Notes: generated from the sequence alone by a model not told the origin. A stretch of 48,208 nucleotides of DNA from Octopus bimaculoides (GCF_001194135.2 NC_068986.1:14847436-14895643); one strand, 5' to 3'; numbered from the stretch's first letter, positions 25,255 to 38,037 are shown. A program made the numbers and translations.

Positions 25255-25620
25255 CGCAAACCTTACCGTAAGCCTAATGATAAGCTATCCTATATTAGCA
25301 AAGAATCCAATCATCCGCCAGAGACGTAAACACACCAGTGCCGGTTCGCCTTCCGCGATGGTTGATAGACACGGTCACAAAGAAATACGCACTTATACAC
25401 ACAGCCACACACATGCATACACACACACACACACATATGTATATATATATACACGACGGTGCGGGTGGCTTTCAGCTTCCGTCTATCAAATACACTCACA
25501 AATCTGTGGTCGGCCCGAGACCATAGTAGAAGACACCTTACCAAGGAGTCACACAGTGGTGCCGAACCCGAAACCATGTGTTTGGGAGGCAAGCTTCTTC
25601 ACGCGCAGTCACACCTGTAC
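25255..25620 (-). mobile_element. SINE family B (CORE-like), old near-full-length copy
   Basis: Minus strand ggtttcgggttcggcaccactgtgtgactccttggtaaggtgtcttctactatgg...gacggaagctgaaag, then internal (TA/TG)n and a degenerate 3' half. Confidence 0.75.
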
Positions 25621-26320
25621 CTAGCTGATTAAATGTACTCAATTATACATGTGTTCTTACTTTGAATAAATATTTATACTCATATAACTTTCTAGACAAC
25701 CTGATATCTATACAAGTGAAGCCCACAAGATTACGATGAGAAAATAGAAAATGAAAGGTAAGGTCAACATATACTATCAAAACGTCTATTGTATCTAGGC
25801 TTATCTTGTTGAATATCTTGTTGAATTGATTTCAAAATTATAGTTTCATTGAAATGCAAAAGCTCCAAATGTTATACTGTACTATTTGAGCATCCAAACC
25901 ATTAATACATTAGAGCAAACAAGCTGAAAGTGATGGATATAGAATGCCTATCACCAACACGTTGAAACTCTCCTTTTTTACTGACTATCCAAACGTCTAG
26001 GTTTTGAGGACACCAATGTGAAACATGGCTCAGATCTGATTAAACCTTTTGCACATTGCTCCTTCTTATTAACTTACCTATTTACTTGTGTATATCTCTG
26101 AATACTTTATAATTGATTTTAAATGAGTAAAAAATAGGAGCTAGAGGTTGAATTATATATGGAGCAAAACTAGAGCTGTGAAAAAGTTTTAGAGAAAGCG
26201 TGTTCTTTTCTCGTTTGTAACCCTTATCGACCAACGCGATAACAAATTCCAAAACATTTCTCAGGGAAATATTTGTTCAACAACTTCGTTTTCGAGTGTG
26301 TCATTTTACCCATCGTATTT

Positions 26321-26392
26321 GTTTCTATAGTATAATGGTCAGCACTTTGGACTCTGAATCCAGCGATCAGAGTTCAAGTCTCGGTAGAACCT
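26321..26392 (+). tRNA. tRNA-Gln(CTG), probably a pseudogene or retrocopy
   Basis: 72-nt GTTTCTATAGTATAATGGTCAGCACTTTGGACTCTGAATCCAGCGATCAGAGTTCAAGTCTCGGTAGAACCT is colinear with metazoan tRNA-Gln-CTG. It has mismatches in the acceptor (T2:C), D (A12:C) and T (A:G) stems and no T4+ terminator directly downstream. Confidence 0.85.
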
Positions 26393-26404
26393 AAGTATTT
26401 GTTT

Positions 26405-26768
26405 AGGCACAGGAGTTGCTCTGTGGTAAATAGCTTGCTTAACAACCACACGGTTCCGGGTTCAGTCCCACTGCGTGGCACCTTGGTCAAGTGTCTTCTA
26501 CTATAGCCTCGGACCGATCAAAGCCTTTTGAGTGGATTTGTTAGACCGAAACTGAAAGAAGCCCGTCGTATATATGCATATGTATATGTATATGTATGTG
26601 TGTGTGTCTGTGTTTGTCCCCTCCCTAACATCATTTGACAACCGATACTGGTGTGTTTACGTCCCCGTAAATTAGCAAAAGAAAACCGATATTATAAGTA
26701 CTAGGCTTACAAAGAATAAGTCTTGGCAGCAGTCAAGTGACTGAAACAATCAAAAGAATAAAAGAATA
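26405..26768 (+). mobile_element. SINE family B (tRNA head, CORE-like block, internal microsatellite, 3' module), full length
   Basis: aggcacaggagttgctctgtggtaaatagc...gggttcagtcccactgcgtggcaccttggtcaagtgtcttctactatagcc...gaaactgaaagaagcccgtcg(ta)n(tg)n...gactgaaacaatcaaaagaataaaag. Confidence 0.88.
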
Positions 26769-28611
26769 CCACTGAGTGAGTTGGTATGTTTTAACAATCA
26801 GGCTCAGTTACACCGAAGCCTTAGAATGATACCGTAGGATATTTCAACTCGAGCTATTCCAGGAGGAGATTACTCTTTCATTATTGTATTTCAGTTCTTT
26901 ATTCGCATTTATCAAATATATGTTTTTTTTCTGGTGCTTCTTCTGTCTCCCTTGTAGTACCTCCGGTTTCAAATGTTATTTTATATTTAAGCCATACCGA
27001 GATCAATATCGACCAATTCTTAGGAAGATGAATTCTAATACAGAAGCTAGCCTACTAACAGGCATTTTGCACGGTTACCTCTTCCTTTCTCTTGTCTTTT
27101 CGGTCATCTGTAAATAAGAGAAAATTCTACAAAACAAAATTGTATTTCACATTTAGGAACGTCATTCTTTCTCCCAGTGGTTCCATGAAAATGTTGATAA
27201 TCTATGTCTCATTCTAACTAATGGATTGGCCATTCCTATCCCGATAATAATTACTAGATTGTTTCAGAACGATTTGTATGCTTACGATCCCAATGGATAA
27301 TTAATATATCATATATAATATGAGAGCCATAATCGATGAAAAATCGATATAATGATCAGCGGTACGTAATTGATCCTTTCATGTTCAGAGCTAAATTGCG
27401 CTGTGATTGGCTGTTTTCATGCTTCTAGGTTGTAGAATAGATTAGACATTTGTAGAGACTGTAAACGCCGACACATTGTACCTCTAAAATAGATACACGT
27501 TTCCGTTGTTGTTCTCTCTGTCTTTTAGTCTTAATCTGCCAGTAATCCAATAGATATATGATGAAACGCATTGTATTTAAGACCAACTTACAATATATAA
27601 GGGCATCATTTAATGCAGACTACATTATTCGATACAAAGAGTTTTTGATACATAATCTGGTGCTGTTTCTTAGGGTAAGCATAAAACGCCAAAAGATGGT
27701 CGATGCGCTCTTCTTTTTTCCTCAACACCTTTTTTTGAAGTCAAGGTTACAATCGTTTCTCCATTTGTTAATTCATTTTCAAAAACAAAGAAAAAAAACA
27801 GCCGTTTCAAATTCATCATCGAAACCCATCCATATTTGTCATTGTCATATCCATAAAACCTCAAATCCAGCTATTTGCGTTTCGTTAAATCATTGCAGCG
27901 ATTATTCTTTGTATCATTTCCCCATTGGGTACCATCAGAAAGAATAATTTTTAATTTCAATGTTTCACAGTGTCAAAGAATGTCAGCTTTAGTTATAGCC
28001 AACCCTCGTTTTTAATTTTTTTAATTCATGTTGACAATGAAGACATTTGATTACGTGGTCCACCTTCTCGACAACCTGACAGTAATATTGGTCATTTACA
28101 ACAATCAACGTTGATTTTATGAATTTCATAGTCATATGTGATTCTCAGATCATTAAATTCAAATCGCAAATTACTTTAAAAACATGTACGAATCATTTTC
28201 CCCCGTTTTTTAAAGGAAAATATTAATAAAAATAAGGAAATGTGTTTTTTCCGCCTTGCTTTATTCTCAACGCTTGCCAAAAAAATTCAACGTTTATGGG
28301 GCAACTAATAATTCGTTATGCTATAGTCTTGGACTGAGCTAAAATTTCATGAAGTAAATAATATGGGTTTCGTGAGACACCTTTATAAATGCAACGGGCC
28401 ATTAGGTACTTACCTTTAGTACAATTAATCACGTTGACACCCACGAATCTATATACAGAATTATTAACTATGTCTATATCAATGGAACTTCCTTAAAATT
28501 TATGTGTTATAATTTTGTTGTCTTTGTTGAAGGGAAGCCAGTCACAAACCGAAAGGAATCTTTGATTGACATCAGTGATTTAAAAGATTTTGTCACAGAT
28601 CCTACTTGAAA

Positions 28612-28896
28612 AGATAAAGAAGCCTGTCGTATATATGTGTATATATATCTATATATATATATATATGTACGTATACATATGTATGTTTGTGCGTCTGTGT
28701 TTGTCCCTCCAACATCACTTGACAACAGATGCTGGTGTATTTACGTCCCGTAACTTAGCGGTTCGGCAAAAGTAACTGATAGAATAGATGCTAGACTTAC
28801 AAAGAATAAGTCCTGGACTCCATTTGCTCGACTAAAGGCGGTGCTCCAGCATGGCCACAGTCAAATGACTGAAACAAGTAAAAGAGTAAAAGAGTA
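28612..28896 (+). mobile_element. SINE family B, microsatellite linker plus 3' half
   Basis: aagaagcctgtcgtatatatg...gtcaaatgactgaaacaagtaaaagagtaaaagag, highly similar to 15300-15507. Confidence 0.85.
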
Positions 28897-29561
28897 ACAA
28901 CACGGAGATCGCTTAACAGAATTTTATTTCTCCCATACATGCTACGCCGACCTTCACATGACTGCACTTACTGTCATTGAATAACTGATTATCTGTTCCA
29001 TAGAACAGCATCGAATTTCTGCAATAGTTCAAAGATCATTTTGAGTACGTGTACTCTGTTAACGTTGTTGCGTTATTAATATTGCTACAATAAAACTCTC
29101 AGGTGCGAACAATAAATGTTTGTTCTCTAAATTATCTGCGATACCAACGCAAGGGATCTGATGTCAAGATGTATCACTTCGAGGTCCAATACCTTATTAT
29201 TTCATCTGATTATTTCAGCAATGCATTTGAAATTATTGGCCATTACAAGATAATAGAATTATACAAATGTTGCCTGTTAGTTCATCTTATATAATTTCAA
29301 ACGAACTGATGTTAATTTAGTTACGATTATTTCGAAGAATTTCATAATAAATATTGAACAATTCAAGTTAGCGCTAGAAATTGATAAACAAATAAAATAA
29401 ATGCACGAATAAATATATAAACTGAGAGAGTTAATTCAAAGCCATTATGTTTGCGGTTACTGCTGCAGTTGTTGTTGAATGTAATGTATACTGGGCGCAT
29501 GCGTAGTGCTGTTCTTGCGTGTATGTATCTGTATGTATATATATATATATATATATGTATG

Positions 29562-29618
<57 letters not shown>

Positions 29619-30341
29619 NNNNNNNNNNNNNNNNNNNNNNNNNNNNNNNNNNNNNNNNNNNNNNNNNNNNNNNNNNNNNNNNNNNNNNNNNNNNNNNNNN
29701 NNNNNNNNNNNNNNNNNNNNNNNNNNNNNNNNNNNNNNNNNNNNNNNNNNNNNNNNNNNNNNNNNNNNNNNNNNNNNNNNNNNNNNNNNNNNNNNNNNNN
29801 NNNNNNNNNNNNNNNNNNNNNNNNNNNNNNNNNNNNNNNNNNNNNNNNNNNNNNNNNNNNNNGGATTAAGTAATTCCCGCCGTATGCTAGGCTAACGTAA
29901 GAGCATCGCTTTTCGAACAGATATATGATCAATTATTTGTTGCTGACGTGAACGTTGCGTGTCTTATTTACCAGATGTTTTCGATATGGTATTGATATGC
30001 ACGTTTCAATCAGCGTTAGATTAAAATATTTGTGCGTATAACGTATATAATATGCACACAAGCATAGAGCAGTACTAGATGTAATATTTGGGCTTTCAGA
30101 AACGTCTGTATACAAACATGCACATTAAAATTTGAGGGGTTGGCTTAGAGCGCCGGTGGATTGCCAGACACTGTGGTTCGACTTGATTGGATCTCCTCAG
30201 AGACGAATCTTCTGCATGTTCTCAGATAAGTCCAAAGTACGTGTTTTGGTGTAGAAATGGGTAGAGGTATCATTTATTGATTTGTGCGAAAATTACACAT
30301 GTTAGAATAAAATTACTATGCGCACTGTAGACGGCATTACA

Positions 30342-30570
30342 TTCACCCCTTCGCATTGAGAACGGCAATATCAGGCACAAATAATCTACATATTTTGTGT
30401 TCAGACTAGCCAGGTCTGACCTCTCCTATCAAACGTACAATGTAATTTTTGAATATAAACAATCGCATCATTGAAAGTTCAAAGCTCTGAGAAAATTTAT
30501 GATTAATTCAAACCAATGTCATTAAATAAGGTTTAAACTTGATTAAGTAATCAGAATGCTAAAGAGTTAA
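30342..30570. mobile_element. piggyBac-type MITE (~230 bp)
   Basis: Right end gaatgctaaagag-TTAA; degenerate left end ttca-cccc-ttcgcatt forms an imperfect TIR; TTAA target. Confidence 0.55.
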
Positions 30571-30869
30571 GTCGCTGATACATGTATGCAATCCTATATA
30601 GGCGGATCAAAACACCATGTCTGGCTCACCACCTTCTTTCTGAGCTAACCCCTATATTTTCTAAATCAAATGTCTCTTTGCGAAGTTTTGTTTTGTGGCA
30701 AAATATTAGAGTTAGCACCGTTTATACATTTGTATAGTCATTACTAAGTTTTATACACAGTGTTATTTTAGCTCAGTGTAGAAATTCGCTCTTAAATGTA
30801 TCGCCTCAGTAATTTTTAATCAACAAAGAATGGCTTTGACTGCTATTTCCAGCATACAAACAAAATAGT

Positions 30870-31178
30870 CTGGCAATCCGTCGATTACAGAGACCAGTCT
30901 TCCGGTTGATTCGATGAACAAAACAGCCGGCTCCTGAAACTAATATGCAATTAGCTGAGTAGTCTACAGGCATACGTACCGTTCAAGGAAATTCAGCGTG
31001 GTACATAAAGTGACATGGCTGACTCTTTGAAGAACAGGTAAAACTCATTTGTAGCAACTGACTGGAACGCAACAACGTGAAATAAATTGTCTTGCTCAAG
31101 GAAGCAACGTACAACCGACAATCGATCTGATGATTGTAAGGTTGTGATCTGAATATTCAAACCACGAAGCCACGCACC
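30870..31178 (-). mobile_element. tRNA-derived SINE with a V/CORE-like block and a family-C-type 3' module
   Basis: Minus strand ggtgcgtggcttcgtggtttg...cttccttgagcaagacaatttatttcacgttg...ctcagctaattgcatattagtttcaggagccggctgttttgttcatcgaatcaaccgg...gacggattgcca. Confidence 0.7.
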
Positions 31179-31914
31179 AAACAAATTACGCGCACAGAGA
31201 CATGTTTACAACTACAGGCTTTGAAATTTAATGTTGCACACCATCGTACCATTTGCCGGACGTCAATTCATTCCTGTGGTTTCACACGCCGCTAACGGCA
31301 CCGTCTAAAGTTTTGTGTTCATTTCTAAATCTTTATCAGAATACAGAGAATGCTGCAGTTTGTAATTCGATAATTCAATTACAGTTTCAAGAAGAATATT
31401 TCTAAATAAATTACTTACTTAACTAAATCAAATTCTGCTTCGTCCAACTTTCACATTCTCCTTTCGGCTTGTCTGGCTGTTGTAGTAACAAAACGTACAA
31501 CATTGTCCCGTATAGAAATAAGTGGCCAAGTCACAACATATTTCAAAGTAAATACGTGATTTATTTGGTTGCTAGCGATAGAGATTGCAAGAAATATATC
31601 GATGAACACTTTTACACCGACGCCAAAATGCAGGTATCCACTATTCAATAACTTATACTATACCATTTGTTCAACTGCTGCTATCAGACACGAAATGATA
31701 TCACGTGATAATTTTCAGCTTCCTAGAGCACCGCCATACACAGATACACACGCACACATACACATGCACACACATATATGTGATATATGTTGGGGTATGA
31801 TATACGAGATAGCATTAAAGTGACGCCAGCCAAAGGGGGAAATTCAGAGTTAGTTAAGTTTCACTTCGATTAAATTATATTACATAACACTATGCTTCGT
31901 GCCGAATGACATCT

Positions 31915-31949
<35 letters not shown>

Positions 31950-31970
31950 GTGTGTGTGTACATATACATA

Positions 31971-32032
<62 letters not shown>

Positions 32033-32487
32033 AATATATGTACATGCATACGTGCATGCATATCAATTGAATTAAAAAGGAACTGTAGTTACAATTGTAA
32101 TTTCAGTCAAAAATCCATGAGAGGCAAAGTGTAACGTATTTCTTGTCAGTTCTAAGCATTAGTTTTAATTATAGCATTTCAGATACGGACGCCATTTTGT
32201 TCTCGATTATTTTTCATCTGGCGTCTATGTGACATACGAAATGTTTATATGCGTTGTAAATGCATTTTCAGAAAATGGCTCGACAGCGAATTACACAAAA
32301 CCATAATTCTAGCTTTTGTCAACATTTCCACAAATTACATTTTTTATTCTTAATATCCGCTTAGATGATTATATTTTCTTAGAGAGATAATTACTTGTTT
32401 ACTTATTGACAAGGGTAAGAGTAGAGATTGAATTTCTCTATTAATCTTTGTAAAATGCGTTCCTTCTGCGCCATATTCACAGACTCG

Positions 32488-32489
32488 TA

Positions 32490-32579
<90 letters not shown>

Positions 32580-32609
32580 GCTGTCTATCTATCTATCTAT
32601 CTATCTATC

Positions 32610-32662
<53 letters not shown>
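32488..32662. repeat. (TATC)n/(TGTC)n followed by inverted (GATA)n
   Basis: Tetranucleotide runs that switch orientation at 32610/32611. Confidence 0.95.
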
Positions 32663-32663
<1 letters not shown>

Positions 32664-32907
32664 TCTCAGACGTAACGGACAGATGCAAGATGGGACAAAA
32701 CGATTGTTGTGTTGATAAAATATTCTTAATAAATTATTTTTCTGTTTCTGTCGTTCATTATATACACAACGAACACTGCAGAATTCCTGACGTAGATCCA
32801 GTGCCAATTATATAATAATTATATAGACGACATTAGGTAGCCTAAACGGTGAAAGTGCCTTAATCGGCATACAACTAACCATATACCCAAAGTCCAAATA
32901 ATTAGTT

Positions 32908-32938
<31 letters not shown>

Positions 32939-33339
32939 GAAACACACACACACACACATTTTATGTATTACTTTTGCAAGATTAATGATGTAAAAACGTG
33001 AGTTGAAACAGCTATTGTTATACTTTGGGGTGGTCATCTATTGCCCATTAAAAACACGCATTGTTTGATCTTCTCTTCAGTTTTATTGCTATTATTTGTA
33101 ATCTGTTTGTGTACCAAAGTTCTTTCGTCACACGTGCAATAACCTCTTCAGTGCCTCTCTGTCACATGTGTCTTATATTGTCCTGTTTATTCCATTTTGT
33201 CATCTGTGTTAGGAACCTCTAACTGCGCATGCGTTAACATGTATCTACGTGTGTGCATATAATTAATACGTGTGTTCCATATGTTTTATTTATTTGCTTA
33301 GCTATTTCACTCCCAGATGTTCACCCATACTACCCCCAG

Positions 33340-33420
33340 GAGGCGTGCTATCATACTGATCAAAGCCTTGTGAGTTGATTTGGCACACGCAAACTGAAAG
33401 ATGCCCGCCGTATATATATA
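33340..33420 (+). mobile_element. SINE family B central fragment
   Basis: gatcaaagccttgtgagttgatttggcacacgcaaactgaaagatgcccgccgtatata. Confidence 0.7.
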
Positions 33421-33444
33421 TCTACACAAGCACAAATATATGCA

Positions 33445-33850
33445 TGGCGCCTAAAGAACAATCATACGCCCTTTAGCATCAGGTGGAAATTACTAGAAAC
33501 TTGTGGACCCTATCGAAATGGAACAAGTCTATGTAAATTGTGTAAGACAGAAAAATATATAATCCTCATGAACTCACGTGAGACAGGAGCCTACCTGGAC
33601 TCTCGGGCGGAAGCTGTGAGGACTAGTCCACATTTTCGGAAATGTTTACATCAAAATTCAAAAACCTAGCTATCAAGCGAAGGAAAGCAACTCGCCCAGC
33701 CATAATTCTTTCCGAGGAATATTTTTTTCAACTATCACCGGCGTTGTTGTATTTTTATAAAACATCCTTTGCAGAGAACAGTTATCGTTTAGAGAAACTG
33801 AAGATATGTCTGGTTTACGCTAGATATGAAACCGACAGTTTTTTTTTCTA
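33445..33850 (+). mobile_element. Penelope-like element 3' end: intact 74-codon GIY-YIG C-terminus plus UTR with HHR-like motif
   Basis: WRLKNNHTPFSIRWKLLETCGPYRNGTSLCKLCKTEKYII...LDSRAE...PHFRKCLHQNSKT* (33445-33669; absent from the ORF track). CTGAAGA-stem-GAAA at 33798-33831. Confidence 0.8.
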
Positions 33851-33947
33851 AAACTGTTACTTTATACACATATATATATATACACATATATATACATACA
33901 TATATACATTTCAACACACGCACACACACCCACACACACCCACACAC

Positions 33948-33983
<36 letters not shown>

Positions 33984-34367
33984 GCGTGTGCCTATATACA
34001 TATATAAATAAATAATATCGAGTACACATCCCCAAGGCACGTTTTGCCAGTTCGAGGGCAGGCTGCGATTTATAGGTATGAGGAAAAATTTACACGTCAG
34101 TACGCTCGGTGTAAAAATACCTAGAAATCATGAACAATTGAGTTAATTCACACCAAATCTTGTTGCAGGAGTGGTTGACATTAATGTTTCGCCATAATGT
34201 GACTTATGAGTACCACGTATCTATCCCAAACCCATGCTTATAAATCGCAACCTGCACACGAGCTGGCAAAATGTGCTTTGTGAATGCGTTCGATGTTGCT
34301 TATATTTCCCGGGCTTCTCATTCATATTTGAATACATGTGTGTGTGTGTGTGTGTGTGTATGTGTGT

Positions 34368-34384
<17 letters not shown>

Positions 34385-34399
<15 letters not shown>

Positions 34400-34620
34400 T
34401 TGTCCCAACATCGATTTGCAATTGGCGTTGATGTGTTTAGGGTCTCGTCACTTGACTCTTCGTCATAAATTGAAAGATATAATAAGCACTATGGTTCCAA
34501 ACATAAAATCGGTACAGGAGTGGATTTTGTCGACTAAGAATTCTACAATTTGGTGCCCCAGCAAGGGCGCCGTCTGACGACTGAAAGAAATGGGAGATAA
34601 ATGATAGAATATAAAAGGTA
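34385..34620 (+). mobile_element. SINE family B 3' half, old
   Basis: (tg)n then tgtttgtcccaacatcgatttg...gtcgactaag...ggtgccccagca...gactgaaagaaat. Confidence 0.6.
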
Positions 34621-34716
34621 GATGATTGTTTCACGAGTGTAGTGAAGATTACTGGGGAAGCGTTTTGTGAATAACAACTTAATAAGTATCCATTTCATCC
34701 TGGTGTATATTCTGTT

Positions 34717-34925
34717 AAGGCCTCGACCTGGCAGGATGTTTAGCACCGCCTAGAAAATTATTCGTTTAGCGGTATTTCATCTCACACTTTACGTTCTAAC
34801 ATCTATCAAAGTTCGTTTTCTGTTCATGTCTCCGGCGTTCATAAGAAAGGGAGCACTGGGTCGGAGTAATCGACTAACATCCGCCTTATCAAATTGCTAG
34901 CATATTTACCCAAATTGGAAATGTT
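34717..34925 (+). mobile_element. SINE family A, old
   Basis: aggcctcgacctggcaggatgtttagcacc...tagcggtatttc...gagcactgggtcggagtaatcgact. Confidence 0.6.
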
Positions 34926-34939
34926 TTGCAAATAACTTG

Positions 34940-37070
34940 CACATGAAAGTACTACCAGTCAAAAGCTCCGCACACCGGAATCCAGCAAGTGCATGGGGTC
35001 ATCAGAAGAGAATGCGCGCCGTTTCAGGGCCTACTACTCGATAGAATCATTGCGCACCCCACCCCTGCTCACTGATATGAAGCCTCACTTGCTAGATCAA
35101 ATGGTTAACAAATAAAGTTCAATATTCTTCTAATCATAGATCATTGTCTCGTTTAAACCAATTCCAGAAGCTAGCATTTTTCACTCGTTCATGGGGGTAT
35201 TTACTTTACGATAAGTTAGGTCCAACGATAACAACAGTCGCCTCACACTGTATCCAACGGATCTTCTACATCCGACCTCAATTGGAAAATGCTCAGCTCT
35301 CCAGACTGCCTCTTCACATTCCTCGAGGAGGTTTACATAACGGTCAATCTTTCGAGCCTGAGCGACGTCCATGTTATCATCATGAACCGTTAATTCGACT
35401 AATTTTACCACTTTCTTTCTTTTACACCAAACTAAGATATCCGGTTTCTTCGTAACTGGGATCGGAAAGAATCCTTGGACCCTGATAAATTTGCAGCCAC
35501 CTTCCAATAGCCATTCCACTTTTCGTCGCTCACAGAAAGATTCTTCTTCCTGAAACGGATCTGCTGTCCTGAGCGCACGAAGTTAATGAAATCTCTGCTT
35601 GGTTCTTTCAATGGTTTTTTTTTTATTTGCCACTGTTGAGAATAATTTAGTTCTTTATAGCATTTACGATAATCTTAAGGACCAGGCTGTGTCTCAATGC
35701 ATATCTATTCAACGAAAGTGAACAGTTGGAAAGAATACGTTTCAGTGTTCCGACTTTTCCGCATTTGCGTATATAATTTTTTGATTTGTAGGCGATGGCA
35801 AGACATTATAGGATGAACGAATCATAAGTCCAACTCAATATTTCATTCCAGCTTATTTTTCTCTCAACAATATGTTCCTCCCATTTCGTCTCTCTGTCCT
35901 TGTTGAGCGCATTGGATGAAAGGAAGCTCTCTTTTCTCTGTTTCCCTTGTTTTGACACTGTTGCTAACAACAGATCTGCGTTCGCTAAGCAAATGCTCTG
36001 AACCAATCTGCGTCAGAATCAAATCCCTTCCGATGCATTTGCAATGCATCCACCATATCTTGGTGTGTAAGTGAAGACAGAATGCCATCAGTCTCTGCTT
36101 CTGTTTTCCACTGCCTGGCTGTTTTTACATCTGGTGAATTACGCCTGATTTCTATATCATTCGACTCTCTCAGTATCATCACCGTTCGTACCTTACGAGT
36201 TTATAAATTTCGACTATCGATGCCAGTGGTAACTGCACCAAGCCTCTTTTAGAATAGAGAGCTGAACATTTCAATACCCGAGGTAGGCCTAGCCACTTTC
36301 TAATGAACACATTACAATTTTTTGCAATGATTTGAACTCACGACAGTACCACGTATATTAAAAGGGGCCACCAAAGTCGCGTATACAAGCCGGACTGTAA
36401 GCACCACATCTTATATTTATCCGATAGCTTAGAGTTATGAATTGCTGTAAATCTACCCTCGGCTTGTTTCATAATTTGTATCCCGTGACTTCTGGCGGAC
36501 AATGTTCCAGCGTATACACGTCCCAAGCTCCAAATACACGTCCTTTCACTCCAAATAATCCCTTTCGTGTATCGTATATCGAGCTTGTTAACTTTCCTAC
36601 TGTAGGTCCTGTCATCTTATAAAGAATTTGACATACCTTTTTCTCAAACTCTTTATATCTTTCTTTCTCATTAGCAGCAGGCCACAGAACCCTCGGGTTC
36701 CTCCGAGTACTATCTGAAGCACCAGTCTCATAACCTTCTGTTTCCTGTTCAGAAGAGGTCTTAACTGTAGCATTTATAGATCCGCAGTGGTTTCAGTTCA
36801 GGGGTAATTTGCCACGCGTTTTACAACCACATGATCCACACTCTCCTGTCCTCTTATTACAAGTCTTTCCCTGATTTATCTTCAAGCCTATCTCGGTTGC
36901 AAAGGTCCTACAGCACGCACAGGTTGCATCCAAAATTGTTTGCCCTTAGTTCGCTGTTCAAAGGAATAGTCGTATTCACATTCAAGGTCATTTCTGTTTT
37001 AACTGGGTTTGATTGATCCTCGACTCCCTCCTCTCGGTCAATCATGGGGCTGTCATTCTCATGGGTAGTT
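34940..37070 (-). mobile_element. HERO-like (R2/NeSL group) non-LTR retrotransposon, internally deleted and decayed
   Basis: In order on the minus strand: N-terminal Zn-finger-like TCACCRTFATEIGLKINQGKTC; RVLWPAANEKE; then directly SLGRVY..KLSDKYKMWCLQ..RLWWPLL..RKWLGLP; LRESND..VKTARQWK; ERKISWNEI; SYNVLPSP; CGKVGTLKRILSNC; RLE KPDILVW..VELTV..KIDRY..FPIEVGCR; ASGIWFKR; 3' UTR. Confidence 0.88.
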
Positions 37071-38037
37071 GTTACATGTTACATCATGTAATCCATGAAA
37101 TATTTAAGCGTGCTAGGTATCGCCAGAATATCGAGAAATATCATTACTGTTATAAGAACGAATCGAACATCTTGTTTTTGTTTGTTTTGTTTATTTATTT
37201 CCCTTTTCGGTTTTATTGTTTTTGTATTTTACTGTCCTACTTCATACTATCTATCTCTTGTGCTTACTTCAATATATTTTCTATGGCGTTTTTTGTTGAT
37301 GGCTTCAGAAAAGCTCTAACTTTGCAATCCACAACATTTACATCGTCCCCACAATAAATCAGTCCAGCCTCACCTTCGCTATTCACAGCTCAAAACAAAC
37401 CACTCCGTACCAGTCTCCGCTACACCGCACAAACGCCACTCTTTGTTAACATCACCTCACCGAACTTGACAATATTAAACGACCATCATAAGCCCCTACC
37501 CAACCCCGATTTAAATCAAACGAAACTCCCACGCCAACACATCTCACCACACACCGCCATGACATACTATATTAAGCCACGCTACATAACACCACACTTC
37601 TTTATTCAATTCTGCTGCGTAGCACACCATATTTTATTACACTACCTCATTCCACGCCAGTAAAGAATATCAATAAATGTAAACACTCCAAACAGAAAAT
37701 ATTAAATGGAGAAGCAGACGCTTCATTTCTCCATTTGCATATTGCATAATTTTATTTCTGCTAAAAATTTCGAAGGTTCTCAGACAGCCGAATGGATAAG
37801 CTGTTGGACACCATGTTTACAGATCGATAATTCGTATGACGCCGAGCGATGTATTTTTCGGTCTGCCGACACCATATTTACCTCGCTAAAACTACTCGAC
37901 GTAACTTATGGAAAACTCGTAATAAACAGCATTTCTTTTTGTATCTTGTGTCTTAAAACTCCTAAGGTTGGTTATGCAGTCGCTATAACAGAGACCAAGA
38001 CATTCCGTTGCAAGGGTCAAGACGAGCAATTTTGAGG

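Noticed and set aside
27558-27947. 129-aa ORF, and likewise the 109-aa ORF at 37706-38035
   Set aside because: No recognisable homology or exon structure; cannot be supported as host genes.
37380-37640. C/A-rich stretch with loose pentamer periodicity
   Set aside because: Looks like an old decayed (CACCA/TACAC)n microsatellite, with no conserved repeat-spacer structure.
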